The notes beneath the pieces were generated by a model. It ran no database searches and was not told the origin of the DNA. It saw only the letters and a program-made list of their open reading frames with translations. From assembly GCF_000143415.4 (NCBI RefSeq), contig NW_003314336.1, positions 570,830 to 634,829 on the forward strand: a DNA stretch of 64,000 bases. Direction: 5' to 3'. Numbering within the stretch: the stretch's first letter is position 1; each line of letters starts with the position of its first letter. The translations under genes and the position numbers were made by a program. The DNA is from Selaginella moellendorffii (Eukaryota; Plantae; Lycopodiophyta). Shown here in pieces: positions 46,301-59,295 of the stretch.

Positions 46301-47665
46301 ATTGTTAGTTGCTTTGCGACTAATGATTACTTGTAGACTTTGTCGAAGACAATTGACACTTACTTCACTTGATGATGATTTAGCGGTGACGGGCTTGCTT
46401 TACCAGATGGTGTTGCGGAAGATCGTGTCATTTGATTTACATGGGTTTTCCATGTTGGCATGTCGACTCTACCTTTGTTAATATCGTTTGGTTACGTTTA
46501 GTCTGTAGTGTTGGATTTCATTGAGTCTTGGATGTGGTGATTCACTCCTTGAAGAAGTGTTATCTGTAATTGAGTTTTTCTGAAGGATTGGTTTCAGATA
46601 CTGAGTTAAGTATCTTTGACTTTGGTTAGTTTGGTTGCAAGAGAGTTTTGGGTGGTGATTCACTCGTGTTTTTTTTAGCTTTATTATGGTGTTGATGACA
46701 TTTAAAGTGATGCCTTGTCGTTGACAATATTGATGTTGAGATTCAAGTGAAATGAGATGTCTCTCTCTCGGATTGATATTGCGTTTCATTAATCTCGATG
46801 AAAATAGTGTTGATGATTTGGCTATGACTTTGTGTTATTAGCATTCGTGCATTTGCTAGTTAGCAACTGTGTTGACGTTTAAATGAACTGAGTGATAAGT
46901 TTGAGTTAGTTGTGTCTTAAACAAGATTATTTAGTAGGGGTTGAGTTTTGAGATTTTCCTTGAAAAGTGATTCAATCGTGGACTATGTTAGCAGAAGAGT
47001 TAGTGATTGATATTGAAGTGTTTGAATCTTTATTGGGTTTGAGTTGGAATATATCAATCATTAATGATTCTTCTTGTGCTTGCTATGAAGTGAGTTACGT
47101 CTTGCTATAGATGGATTTATAGAGGATCGATTAGATGATCACTTGTTGAGCATATCTTCGTTATGCTTAGCTTTTGGATTGATATAGATATGCTCTTCAT
47201 TAGCTTTGGCATTATGAAGTTTAGCTTATAGATGTGTTGAGGAGAATATTATGGGTTATACCATGATTTCTTCTTTAGCATTGAAATTAGTTCATGCAAG
47301 ACTTGTGATCATTGTTAGGCAAGACTTGGATATAGGATTCTTCAAACTTTTGGTTCCTTGAGTTTTCATGCTCATTGTTCCATTTGTTAGGAGTTGTTGG
47401 TGAAGGCATTTTGGCTCATTAGCTTTGATGTTGAAGTTAGTATTTGCATCTAGCAATCATTGACGATGATTGACTATCATTTAGGATAGTTGATTATTCT
47501 TGTCAAAAAGGTTTTGCTCGATTATTGTTGATATAGAGTGATTTGTCATTTTTCAGGATGATGGATTCCTTCTTCAACGATGATTATGCATCACTGCATT
47601 AATGGGATGATTGATGATCTTTCATGATAGTTAATTATTCTCTTTGATGGCTTTTGGCATTTCGC

Positions 47666-50600
47666 TGAACGTGTATGTACATTCCCCATGTCCCAATGGG
47701 ACTAATACAAAAAATGGGCGTGCCGCCCTCTCAATGAGCTACTCTACGTGATCCTCATATGCCGCAGCTAGACCTAGTCCTGGAGTAGAAGTGGACGTGG
47801 TCGTCTCGAGCGAATCATGTCGATGTCCAAGTCTCCCCCACGAGCTGACCTTAGAACAGAGTCTGGGGGGCGCCATTGCCAGCGAATCTCGCCACCTCCC
47901 AATTTGCCGAAGCATGGGAGCCACCTAGATCTCCACTCCTCGAGCTGCCTCGGTTTCGCCCACTCTTTCAGGATGGTGTAGTGAAGACGCACCGCTGCAA
48001 GAGTGAGTCTCCACCATGATACCACCACTGCCGATATTCTCGCTTGTTGCCCATCAAAGCGACAGTGGTTCCGCGCCTCCCAAAGTGCCTGCAGTCCTGT
48101 TGCCCTCCAAATGGACCAGCGCTCTTGGCCCAACGCCTCCCAGATGGACATCCCAACTTCAGCCCCTGTCACGTCCCACCGGACTCGCATGTTCCATCGG
48201 TGCCGTCTGTAGCAGCGAATATGCCTCCAAGCTGGACCAATGGCTGGGCCTCTAGCTCCCTCAAACCAGTGGAGGATATCCCCACTCCGAGCCTCAAACT
48301 CTGGAATGTCTCCGAGTTCCTGCGTTGCCTTGAAGATCTGTCGCCAAACTTCTCTCGCCACATCGCATTCCCATAGGACATGTCGCGCTGTCTCCAGCTC
48401 GCCACACTCCTTGCACCGTCGGCATGCTTCTTCCTGGAACCGCTGTCCTACCGGCAGCCCGTTATTTGCCACCAACCAAGAGGTGGCCTTGACTTTCTCC
48501 TGTACCGGTAGTTTCCAGAACGCAAGCGTGTTGCCCACCACCTGATTTGCTTCAACTCCTTGCTCGATCCATTTCTTCAAGAGCTTGGGGATCTCCCCTC
48601 GGGCCTCCTCCCTGCTGGTCAAGAGACCATCCCTTGCTTCCTTGACGCCGAAGGAGAAGAAGCTCCTCGCTCCTCGTTTCCATGCTGCGGGGTCCCAATC
48701 CAGATCCTTGATGAGCTGCTGTCGCCACCATCTAAGAATGCCTTCCCCCTCTAGTGCAGCCAACGATTGAACCACCACCGATTGCTTCGGAGCCTGTCGT
48801 ATTACTCGAATCCTACCCTTGACCTCGTCATCCGTCACCATTGGCATGACCTGTTCGTCCCCTGCTGGCAACAGCATGTCGCCTCTCAAGACTCAAAAAG
48901 GACGCCCAACATTTTGGTCTGGAGACACAACGAACCATACCTCCACATCCCTGTCCTCCCAAGCTGGTGTTGGGGCCGTAAACGCCCATGTCCAGGCCCC
49001 CAAGCTAACTCGTTCCCTATCTGGCTCCATGTCCCGTTGCAGAGCCACAAAGTCTCCAGATTTGAGACAACGCCTAGGCCAGAGCTGCCCCTGCTTCGCC
49101 TCACTCACTGCTCTGATAATGCGAAGAAGATCAAGGTGGACTTTCCTCCACCGTCCCGGGTTAAAGACCTGCATATGCCTCGTAGTCTTCCTCTTGTCCT
49201 TGTCGAGAACCCGCACCAGCTGCTTGAGAGTTCGGAAGCCTGCGCTATGTAGCTTTCTCCAGATTGTGTAGTGGTCCTCCCTGCCCAGCGTCCTATCATC
49301 CAGTTTGAAGAGGTCGTTGAAGAACAGGGGCTGGTTCAGCCAGTCCTCCGCTCGCCTTGGCAATTCCCTGCTGACTGGAAACACGCTCCATAACCGGAGA
49401 AACCCCTGGACTAGAGTGCCGCCCTTGACTACTTGTTTCGGCCCCTCGGCAAAGAGCCAACGTGGATCTTCTTCCCACGGTCTTGCAGTGTTGTGCTTGG
49501 GCCGGATTGCCAACAAGTTCTGCCTAAACATGAGTCTCCAAGGTTGATTACCTAGTTGAAGGCCCATGAGGAGGATTTTGTACCGTAGCGCCTTCGCCAT
49601 GTCACTCGGATCGATTACTCCAAGTCCTCCCAAGACTCGCGGACGTGCTGTAGATTGCCATGCGACCTTGGCCATGCTCCTCCCTGTGACCAGAGCGCCC
49701 CGCCACAAATACTGACGGACCATTGTGCGTACCTTTCTAAGAGTGCGTTCTGGAACAGGCCAGATGGAGAGGTGGTACCAGATGCCGGGCAGAATGATGC
49801 TCCTAGCGACTACCACTCTCGCTGGCAAGCCGAGTTTCCGGGGAGCCCACTTCTGGATTGACGTTCGTACCCGTCGGAGCAAAGTGTCATCCTGAAGTGC
49901 TGCATTGAACCGAGTACCAACCTGGATCCCCAGGTACCTAGCGTCTTCTCCTGGTTTGAGCCATTGGAAGCCGATGTCCTGCCCCCAAGATTCGATGCCT
50001 GGTCGCCCCCAATTTATGCCCACTGATTTGTTCCAGTTAATTGCTGCACCAGCCGCGAGGTTGAACGTCTCCAACGCCTTCTTAGCTGCATCCATGTTCT
50101 CCTTAGTCGCAAGTAGGAACAAGGCAGTGTCGTCCGCAAAAGCACCATCAAGGAGTTCCCGAGACACCCTTGTGGTTCCCGGAAGTTGCTGTCTCGCAGC
50201 CGGCAGTGTGAGTCCTTTAATGCGTCCGCCTTCCGCTAGAAACGTGCCCAGGGCCTCAGCCACAATCAGAAAAAGATAGGGTGCTAGTGGACACCCTTGG
50301 CATACTGAATGTCCCAGCTGGAAATTCGGTCCCGTCTCGCCATTGATTGTGACTCTGCTTGCGGCTCCTCGGTATAGTAATGAGATCCTAGCGACCATCT
50401 CTCTCGAGATGCCGATCGTGTTCATGCACTCCTCTAGGAACCTCCAGTCCACCCGATCGTAGGCCTTCTCGAAGTCCAATAGCCATGCTGCAGTTTGTTG
50501 GTTAGAGATCTCTGCCCATCTCTGAGCCAGCAGGTACGTCCAGATGTTTTCTGCGATTTGCCGCCCTGGAACAAACCCTGTCTGCTGCTCCCGGATGATC

Positions 50601-52597
50601 AGCGGCATGACAGCTTGGAGCTTGAGGGTCATTGCTTTGGCATAGACCTTGTAGGACGTGTTGAGCATGGTGATTGGCCTCCAATTCTTCAGCTCCTGCA
50701 GGTCCCCCCTCTTTGGAATAAGCGCAATCTGGCCCTCAAGGATCTCACGAGGCAAGGTCCCATCACATTGAGCATCCCACCATGCTTGTAGCAGCAGTGG
50801 GCCTATGGTTTCCCAGTGCTCCTCGAAGAAAATGGGCAAGAGGCCATCGATACCTGGCTGCTTGTCGTTGCTGAGCTTCCCGAGCGCTTCCCGAAGCTCC
50901 TCCAATGTGAAGTCCGTCTTCAGTGAGTCGTGCCACTCATGGGGGACTCGCTGGGGAAGGGACGCAAGCACTTCCACCGCCGCCCTTTCCCTCTTTGGAG
51001 TCCACTGCTGGGCCGTATATAGAAGTTGGTAAAACTCCTGGGCAAGCTGTTGCATCCCTTGTTGGTCCTCGACGACTCGCCCGTCACTGTGCTTCAGTCC
51101 TAGAATGGGAGGAGAGTCCATCACTGGCCTGATTCCCCTAAAGAAAGCCTTGTTGAGAAGGCGTTCATTTAGGGCCCATCCATCTTCCATGGCCCGGACG
51201 CCCTTGCTCCGTGCAGCGTACTCCATGTCACGTAGCTCGGCTTCACGTTCATCCAGTATTGTTTGCCACTTGAACTCATCTTGCGTGTTCAGCAACATCC
51301 TGTGTGCTGCTGCGACCTTCTTCCTGGCCAGTCTAAGGTCCTTCATCACCGCCCCTTTGAGATCCTTCTGGCGCGCCCGGAGCTTCTATGAGCAAGACAA
51401 GAGCACAGGGATCAGCCCCAGCTTGTTCTGCGCAAGAGCGTCGTGTATAAGCCCAATCGCCACCGGGTCTCGCAGCGTGGCTCTAGTGATTGATCGCTGG
51501 ACCGCTGTCCCTTTGTCCCTTTGGAGCTGGATCACGCATCTGAGGGGGTCGTGATCTGAGAAGGAGGCAAATCCCAGCCACGTTTTAAGGCTACCCCCAT
51601 CCTGCCGTATGCGAGATGAGGCGTAAATCCGGTCCAGTCTCGACTGGGAGGATACTGTCTGTCGCCTTGTAAAAGGGTGAGCATGAGGTGTGAATCCCGC
51701 AGCATGCTGAAGGTCCATGAGCCCCAGTATGTCCATGAGCTGACTCCACTGCTTCTGTTCACGTGGCTGAATTGTTTCCTGCATACCCCTGCGATCACAG
51801 ACGTCCTCGACCATGTTGAAATCTCCCAGGACCAGCCATTCATCTGCTTGCCCCTGGGCAGACTGTAACACACTCAGCCAGAATTCTGCACGTCTCCCTT
51901 TCTTCGTTGGTGCATAGACGTTGATTATCCCCACCCGTCCAAAGTGGAGGTGAAGGACAAGCAATTGAGCCTTTCCTGGGACGAGGACAAGGTGGTTTCA
52001 TACTCGAGCAGACCATTTGGTTGAGACTACCACTGCTGTGCCCCCTCCTGGTCTGGCCACTGCTTGCGTGGCCGGGTTCCACCAGAGCCGTCCCCTCATT
52101 CCAAAGGTGTAGTCTGGGGCCACAGTCATTTTGTGCTCTTGCAAGCATAGGATGTCGATATCTCCTTCTAAGCTGATCTCCCGGATGTGGGACTTGAGCT
52201 GCGCCCTTTTGTTGAGTCGACTGCCGGTCTAGCTGAGTCCCTGGCAGTTCCAGGTGACGAGCGTGAGAGTTGTCATGGAGCCACGTACTTCCAAGAAAGT
52301 GAGGAGTTACGGGGTCTCGCCCTCCATTCTGTGGAGATGGTCCACACCACAGTCATCTTCCCCCTGTGCTTCGTCCAGGAGAAGCCTCGGACAGTGTACT
52401 TCGCAAAACCCGTCCACTCAGTGATAGCACTCTCCATGCGTGTGTGGTAGTCTCCAATAGTGACGACCTCTGGGAAGGCTGTGTTCCCGCGGCACATCAG
52501 CTAGTCTCCCGCCTCTGTGGGACTTAATTCCCGCTTAGGGGGAATCCACCTGACCGCCATTCCTATTGTTCGAGGGAGGACCGGCTGGAAGCCATCT
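47666..52597 (-). mobile_element. L1/Tx1-type LINE, 5'-truncated, 18-bp TSD
   Basis: TGGCTTTTGGCATTTCGC at 47648-47665 and 52598-52615. Clearly more GC- and CpG-rich than its host. Confidence 0.93.
47774..52276 (-). pseudogene. LINE ORF2 (APE endonuclease, RT, zf-RVT) with a few frameshifts and stops
   Basis: MTTLTLVTWNCQGL, INVYAP, LGDFN, SRLDRIY, SDH, PGIDG, NWRPITMLN, LDFEKAYDRV, QGCPLAPYLF, FADD, CKECGELETARHVLWEC. Confidence 0.93.
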
Positions 52598-55011
52598 TGG
52601 CTTTTGGCATTTCGCAATACCACATGTTCTTTGTGGTTTGCTCTGGATTGGTCTGTTAGGTTTGAGACATCAATAAGATGTTGCTAACGCTTGTTTGAGC
52701 AACTTTGGTTCCTTGGTATTGTTGACCGGAATCTATTTAGATTAGCTAGTGTGATAGTTGGTATAAAAACTATGTTTGTTGGTCTTACCACATTCATTCT
52801 ATTCTGTTGATTATTGCTCGAGTTAGTTCTAATAGATTTGGATGTAATTTCCTTCATGTGATACATTCACAAGCATTTTGCTTGCCAATCCATGATACTT
52901 TGTGTTCTTTGAGTTCTCTTTCGTAAGTTGTTTGGAATTCTGTCTGCAATCTTCGATAGTTAAGTTTTCTCATTGAGCTTACTTGATGATATATTGACTA
53001 TTGAATTTTGTTGGATGGTGAATCCTATGTTTACCAATTATGATGATCTTGGTGGTTCCTAACCTATAATACTGGTTTATCGGATGATAACTTACTTGGA
53101 ATACTTTTGTGTTCTAATCTAAGATATATTCATTGATAATTAAGTCTCTCAAATATCATTATTTTTTACTTTGATATTGTCCATCTATTGATCTTTTAGT
53201 TTGGGCCAGTAATGGGCAAACTGGCTTTGGCACTTCGTGTGCATTCTGAAATCTCTAATTATGGGGTAGCTACTATCAACTGGTCATATCACCCGCCTCT
53301 TTCTCGATGTTCCTTATTCTGTTGAAAGGGCGTGACCGTGTAAACAACTCTAACTGCCTGTTGACAGTAGTTTATCTAAACCTTACCGATAGGTTTGGTT
53401 TCTTTACTTATGAGGGTTGAGGCCTCTGGCTTCTCTCTTTATGTCCTTGCGGGTGAGGGCATATCACACTTTTGTAGCTGGGTGACACCTAGAGTAGCAA
53501 GGGTGGCTGACTCCATTAGTCATTTCCTTGTCGGCGACGGTCGGAAGGTGTCTGAGCTGGTAGCGCATCCGCGTTAGACAAAGAGGTTGCCTCTTAACTC
53601 ATTTAAGTTAGTGCATTTCTCACATAGTGTGAATACCGTGAACTTTTTCTGGAGTTATTTCCTTGGCAGTATTCTAGACTCAAGTATGCATCGACGAGGA
53701 CATCGATCTTCCCAAGGGGGGGAGAGTGTCATGAATGTGACTTCGGGTATCGAAAGTTACCTGTCGGCTAGTCCTTACGGACACTCTTACCTTACTGCCA
53801 CGATGGTAGGAAGTCAGTATTGCTGGACCCTTTATTAGTCCCTCTTGTGCTAGTGGAGTTAACTAGGCATGTTGAGTGTACTTAAACCGGACGAGCATAA
53901 GGATGGAATTCCTACGTGTTATTAGCTAAGCATACTTAGCCTGGTAAGGAGTTCCTGTCTCATTGTGTCTTGCACTGGCTAGTGATAAGATTGCATATTG
54001 AGATTAGTCCCTCAATATCACTGGATGATAGCTTACCGTGTCTGTCAAACACCCTCGCTATCATGCCCTTTGTGTTAGTCTCATTTCAGTCCCAAATGCT
54101 ATTTATGGAAAGTGTCCAGATTTGCTCATTTGGCATATCTACGGAATGTAAAGATTAGCCTGAACACAATGGTGTTCATCCCGTGTCCAAATTCGCAATC
54201 TAGTGCCATTCCATATTTAGTAAGTTTCAAGCTTGTCCCAGAGACTAACTCCTGATATTAAAGGAGGCTTGGGGTGAAAGCTCAAAGCGTGTTCCTCAAG
54301 AGGGTGGGGGGGGGGGGGGGAGGGATAGTGGGTAGGTCGGGCATGGCCGACCAACCCGAGGCATAGTCTAGCTCCCGCTTGCGTGTCTGTCCTTGTTCTA
54401 CGTCCGGCTTGGGTCTAAGCCCAAGTTCTATTCCATGCTAGTTGGTGGAGTACCCATATCCTCAGGTTAGGCCACTGGTATGCCGAAATAGCGCTAGACT
54501 CCGTTTGGCTCCGTTTTGCATGCTGGTTTTGGCATTAGGATGCTGGTTGCTCTAGGACTGTTCCAAGTCGCTCCAAGCTCTTGTCCCTTTGCTCTTTGGG
54601 CTGTATACTCAAGAGTTGCTCTGTGGTTCGGTTCTGTCACTCCTTGGCTCCATGCTTGGGAGTTTGGCACTGTTCCTTCGTTCAGTGGCCCAAGGCCCTG
54701 AACCACGGGTTCCACACCACTGTCCTGTGGACATATGGCATTTGACATATGGCACATGGAGGGTTTATGTTCCGCTCTATGGTGTTATCCTATGGTAAAT
54801 CACCATAGGATAAAGGGTCAAAACCACATGCATTACACAAGGCCCTGAACCACGGGTTCCACACCACTGTCTTGTGGACACGTGGCATGGACATGTGGCA
54901 TGTGACATATGGCAGATGACATGTGGCATATGGAGGGTTTAGGTTCCGCTTTGTGGTGTTATCCTATGGTAAATCACCATAAAATAAAGGGTCAAAACCA
55001 TATGTGCTACA

Positions 55012-57558
55012 GAAGAGGCAACAACCACACATATTTTATCAACCAATCTATAATGACCCATACTTGCTCCTTTTGCCTCTATTGTGTGGTAAACAAGTGA
55101 TGAAGTCCATAGAGATACTACACCAATGGCTTTGAGGAATAGGTAAAGGTTGCAAAAGTCCTCCTAGCTTTTCTCATGTCACCTTAACCTGCTGACAGAG
55201 CTTGCATGATTTTACAATACTCGAAGATATTAGCTTTCATATTCCTCGAATAAAAATTATGCTTAATCAACTCATATGTCTTTGTCCCCCCAAAATGACC
55301 AGCCTCTTGGACGATTATGATAGTGGAATAAAACTTGAGTAATTAACACATTCACCCATGGCAAATATACATAGCTATTGTAGTAGAGAATCCCATTCAC
55401 CAATGAGAAAGGGGCTTCCATCTAATTTCACAAAGAGGCCACCTCAACCTCATGCTCAACCAACGGACCGAACTTATTGACCACTTTACTCAAATGATGA
55501 TAAAACTGTGTTTGTGATGCCGTCACATGACAAACACGAGATAAAGCATCTGCCACCATATTTGATTTTCCCGGACGATGCTCAATAGGAAACTCCCCAA
55601 ACTCCATGAGTTTGACAATCTAATGAGCTTGCCTAGTGTTCAACTCCTGTTTAAAAAGATACACAAGTGGTTTGTGATCCGTCAACACCATGAACACTGC
55701 ACCATAAAGATAGTGCTGCCATGTCCGTAAAGCATGAACAATAGAAAGTAACTCTTGCTCATATGTAGAATAGCGTTGCTTCGTAGGATTCAAAGTTCGA
55801 CTTTCATATGCAATAGGCTGTCCCTCTTGCATGAAAACTCCTCCCAGTGCATAACCATTTGCATTGCAAGTCACCTCGTAAGGTTTCGATGGATCAACAA
55901 TGCAAAGCACTAGAGGCTCATTCAACAATCGTTTCAACGCCACAAAACTCTCTTCTTGTGGCTTATTCCACTCGAAAGGCACATTCTTGCATAACAACCA
56001 TGTCAAAGAAATAGCCACCTCCACAAACTTATGTTGGAAACTTCAGTAGTAATTAGCCCATACCAAGAAAATTGTGTAACTCGGCCACTGTAGTCGGTGT
56101 AAGCCAATTTTCCACCACAGCCACCTTCCTTGGATTTGTCTTGACACATTTAGATGTCATAATATAGCCTAGATATTCCACTTTCGACTGTGCAAACTCA
56201 TATTTGCTCTTCTTTGCATAAAATTTGCTATTATAGAGTAACAAAAGAACCTTGCGTAAATGCACCTTATGCTCCTCCATATTCTTGCTGAAAACAAGAA
56301 TATTGTCCAAGAAAATCTCCACATCTCATGAAGATAATGCCCACATACCTCCACTATCAACCGAGTAAATGTGGCTGGTGCATTTGTCAAACCAAATGGC
56401 ATAACTGTAAACTCAAAATGTCTAAAGTTTGTGTTGAATGCCGTTTTGGAGATAGATGGATCATCCATTGCAATCTGATGTTATCCACTCCTCAAATCAA
56501 TTTTAGTAAACACTCGTGCTTCACTAAGTTTGTCTAAAATATCATCCACATGTGGCATCGGCATCTTATCCTTCACTATCTTCTTGTTCAAGGCACGGTA
56601 GTCAATACATATCCGTATTGAACCATCCTTTTTCTNNNNNNNNNNNNNNNNNNNNNNNNNNNNNNNNNNNNNNNNNNNNNNNNNNNNNNNNNNNNNNNNN
56701 NNNNNNNNNNNNNNNNNNNNNNNNNNNNNNNNNNNGACACTAATCAATTGGGTTGCATACCCGTGGCTCTAATATCAATCCTATGCTCCACACCTGGTAT
56801 CCTCACGTTGCAAAGTTTGCAATTTTTTAGTATCCAATTTACTGGTCAGTAGAAGATTGGCCATTTTTCTTGCTGCTTTGCTGCTTGTTCTTTAGCTATG
56901 GACAATCAGCCTTGTAATGTCCAAGCTCGCCGCAATGATGACAACCCTGTCTATAATTCTTCACAAAGAACTTCTGCTTCTTAGACTCTTTTGCATCTAA
57001 AATAGTCACCACCAACTTCAACTTGTGATGCTTGTTTCCATCCTTGTGTCCACGGCAATCATTACGACGATTTTCAAAAGAAGGACTCCTCGAATGCTTG
57101 CGAGACTTGTCCTTGTCATTGTCAAGTCGACGAGCCACATCAAAGAGCTCCTCCAAACTCTTTATAGGTTGAGAATGATGCAAGTGTTGCCGCATGCTCT
57201 CACTATGAAGGCCATCAATGAAGTAGGATTTGTTTTGATCTGGATCCTTCATTGGAACACGGCTAATCAAGTGAGTAAGTTTCTCAATATAGTCCCCAAG
57301 TGTCATTTTCCCTTGCTGAAAATGTCGAAGTTTTGTGCAAGCATTCTTCATGTCATAGTGAGGGGCAAAATGTAAATGGAAAGCAGCCTCAAACTCATCC
57401 ATGGTAAACATTGGTTGTTTCTTATTTACAACACGAGACTCCTCAAGCCAATTCCACCATTGAAAACCTGCATCATGCAAAACCATTGGAATAGCCACTA
57501 AAGCCTCTACATCCAGAGTTCCCCTAGCTTCTTCACATTGGCTAGCCAAATGAGACAC
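55012..57558 (-). pseudogene. gag (CCHC knuckle), RT, RNase H and integrase Zn finger of the 40695-58083 gypsy; protease region apparently deleted
   Basis: [68 protein letters not shown]. Confidence 0.9.
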
Positions 57559-59106
57559 TCGTCCACACTACCATCACCGAGAAAGGTTAAAATCTAGAGT
57601 CGATCTACCAAGGAAGGCTTACTTGGAGTGCTACCATGTTTAGCCTCAAGTGCCTTAACACGCCCACACATGGTATCCATCATGCCATGCATCTTGTTTT
57701 GCATCTTTTGCTGATTTCGATTAAGGGTTTGCAACTCATGAACAACATCTTGAATTGTCCAAATCTCCACAGCTCCATTAGCACCATTGTCGGCACCACC
57801 ATTGACAATAGGATTCTAATGTTTATCGCAACCAACTACTTTAATACCAATGTTATGATCCAGCGCAAAAAAACAGAAATCTAGTTGCCCTAAACTATGC
57901 TATGCCACCTTTTAAAGTTCTTTACCACCCAACCACCCCCGAGCTACCTCAAAAGCTCCACTACGCCACCGCTCCACTGTGAGCCTTAGGGTAGGTTAAG
58001 TCCCTTACCCTAACATGCTTTAATATACCTTTGAACCTCCTTTTGACTGACATTGACCATGTGGTCAAAGCTGGTGTCTAATATGTAAGGCATGCAATTC
58101 CAAGGCATTCTCCATGGCTGGTGCTCTGCTTCTCAATTTCTTCAAATCCAGGGCTATCACATGCATGAAAGTGAACTTTTAGTGATAATTGATTAATAGA
58201 TGTCGATGTGAGTCTTGCTTCCTGAGCTTACAGTGGTAGAGTGTTGCTGGCTTTGCTAGCAACTCCCTTCTCTCCTCCTGGGAAGCTATTTCATTTTCTT
58301 GCTTCAAAAAGGGGTACAAAGGTAGTGACCCTACTGTTTCTCCTCTCCTTCATATCACCATACACGTTCATCCGTACATTTATACTGTACCATTTTGGTG
58401 ACTCACTGCAAATAAAAAAGTCAATAATGAAGAAGAATCCATTTTCCAAAAGTATATATCCAACTGAGGATTAAATCTAGAAGTCTATTGTCTCAAGCCC
58501 CGAAACAAAAATGCAAAGAAAAACAAACATACATCACTACTCACAAAAAGAAATGCAAATCATCATGAGTTGGGTTGAAATCCAAGCATCACCTATCATA
58601 AGTGGTAGATCCCAATACTAAAAGAACTGAGCACTTCAGTAGACATTCAATAGGAATCCAACACTACTTGGACATCTTGAACACCAAATGAACCTCATTT
58701 ATAGCCTACTGTCAGCGAAGGTAATGCCGAGGACTGGTTGCTTGAACCCCACCCAAGCCATAGTGCAAGAAAACAAACAAACAAGACCAAATGAGACCAC
58801 ACAATCAACATAGGCAATGCAAAGCACATCATAAGTGATTTGAAAACATACTAACATAGATCTTAATCCTCACCTTAGACACTAGCTACATGGACAATGA
58901 AGACTTTACCTCACCAAGTGACACTAACTTCGGCAAAGATTTACCTCCCAAAATATGCAAATGAGATGGGGCTTTCCAGGGAGACTACTAGCAAGCACAG
59001 GCTTGAACTTGAGTTGGGGCAAGATCGTAAGTGAAAAACATTTCTAGCATAGATCAGCATTAGTTGTAATGGAAAAGAGAACAAAATGAAACAATATGTA
59101 ACAAAC

Positions 59107-59295
59107 CTAGAAGAAAAAAAAGAGTTGGAGAAAATACCTCTTTAGATGTGTGGCATTGATTGGATTTGGCAACTTACAACCTGAGCACTCCACAAGATGG
59201 TACAAGTTGGTACCTGCCACACCAAGTACCTCATATGGACCAATCCATGGTGGTTGAAATTTTGCCAGATGAGCAATTGCAACATCTAGCCAGTT
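59107..59295 (-). pseudogene. Gypsy integrase C-terminal GPY fragment, truncated by the LTR at 59296
   Basis: KFQPPWIGPYEV...LYHL...PINATHLKRY. Confidence 0.75.

Larger units (their letters stand above)
41760..55011 (+). mobile_element. Non-coding LTR element (LARD-like): tandem 5' LTRs 41760-43896, 3' LTR ~53727-55011
   Basis: TG...CA termini, TSD GAAGA (41755-41759 and 55012-55016), PPT AAGGGGGGGAGAG before the 3' LTR. The T/G-rich interior has no recognisable ORF. Confidence 0.88.
40695..58083 (-). mobile_element. Ty3/gypsy element with both LTRs (3' LTR 40695-40893, 5' LTR 57851-58083), split by nested insertions
   Basis: Similar LTRs, TSD TGTAA on both sides (40690-40694 and 58084-58088), reversed PPT ATTCTTCCCC at 40894, reversed PBS-like AATACCA before 57851. 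Integrase at 40956-41759 continues at 55012. Confidence 0.9.

Noticed and set aside
47968-51868. Many plus-strand and alternate-frame ORFs within the LINE
   Set aside because: Shadows of the GC-rich ORF2.
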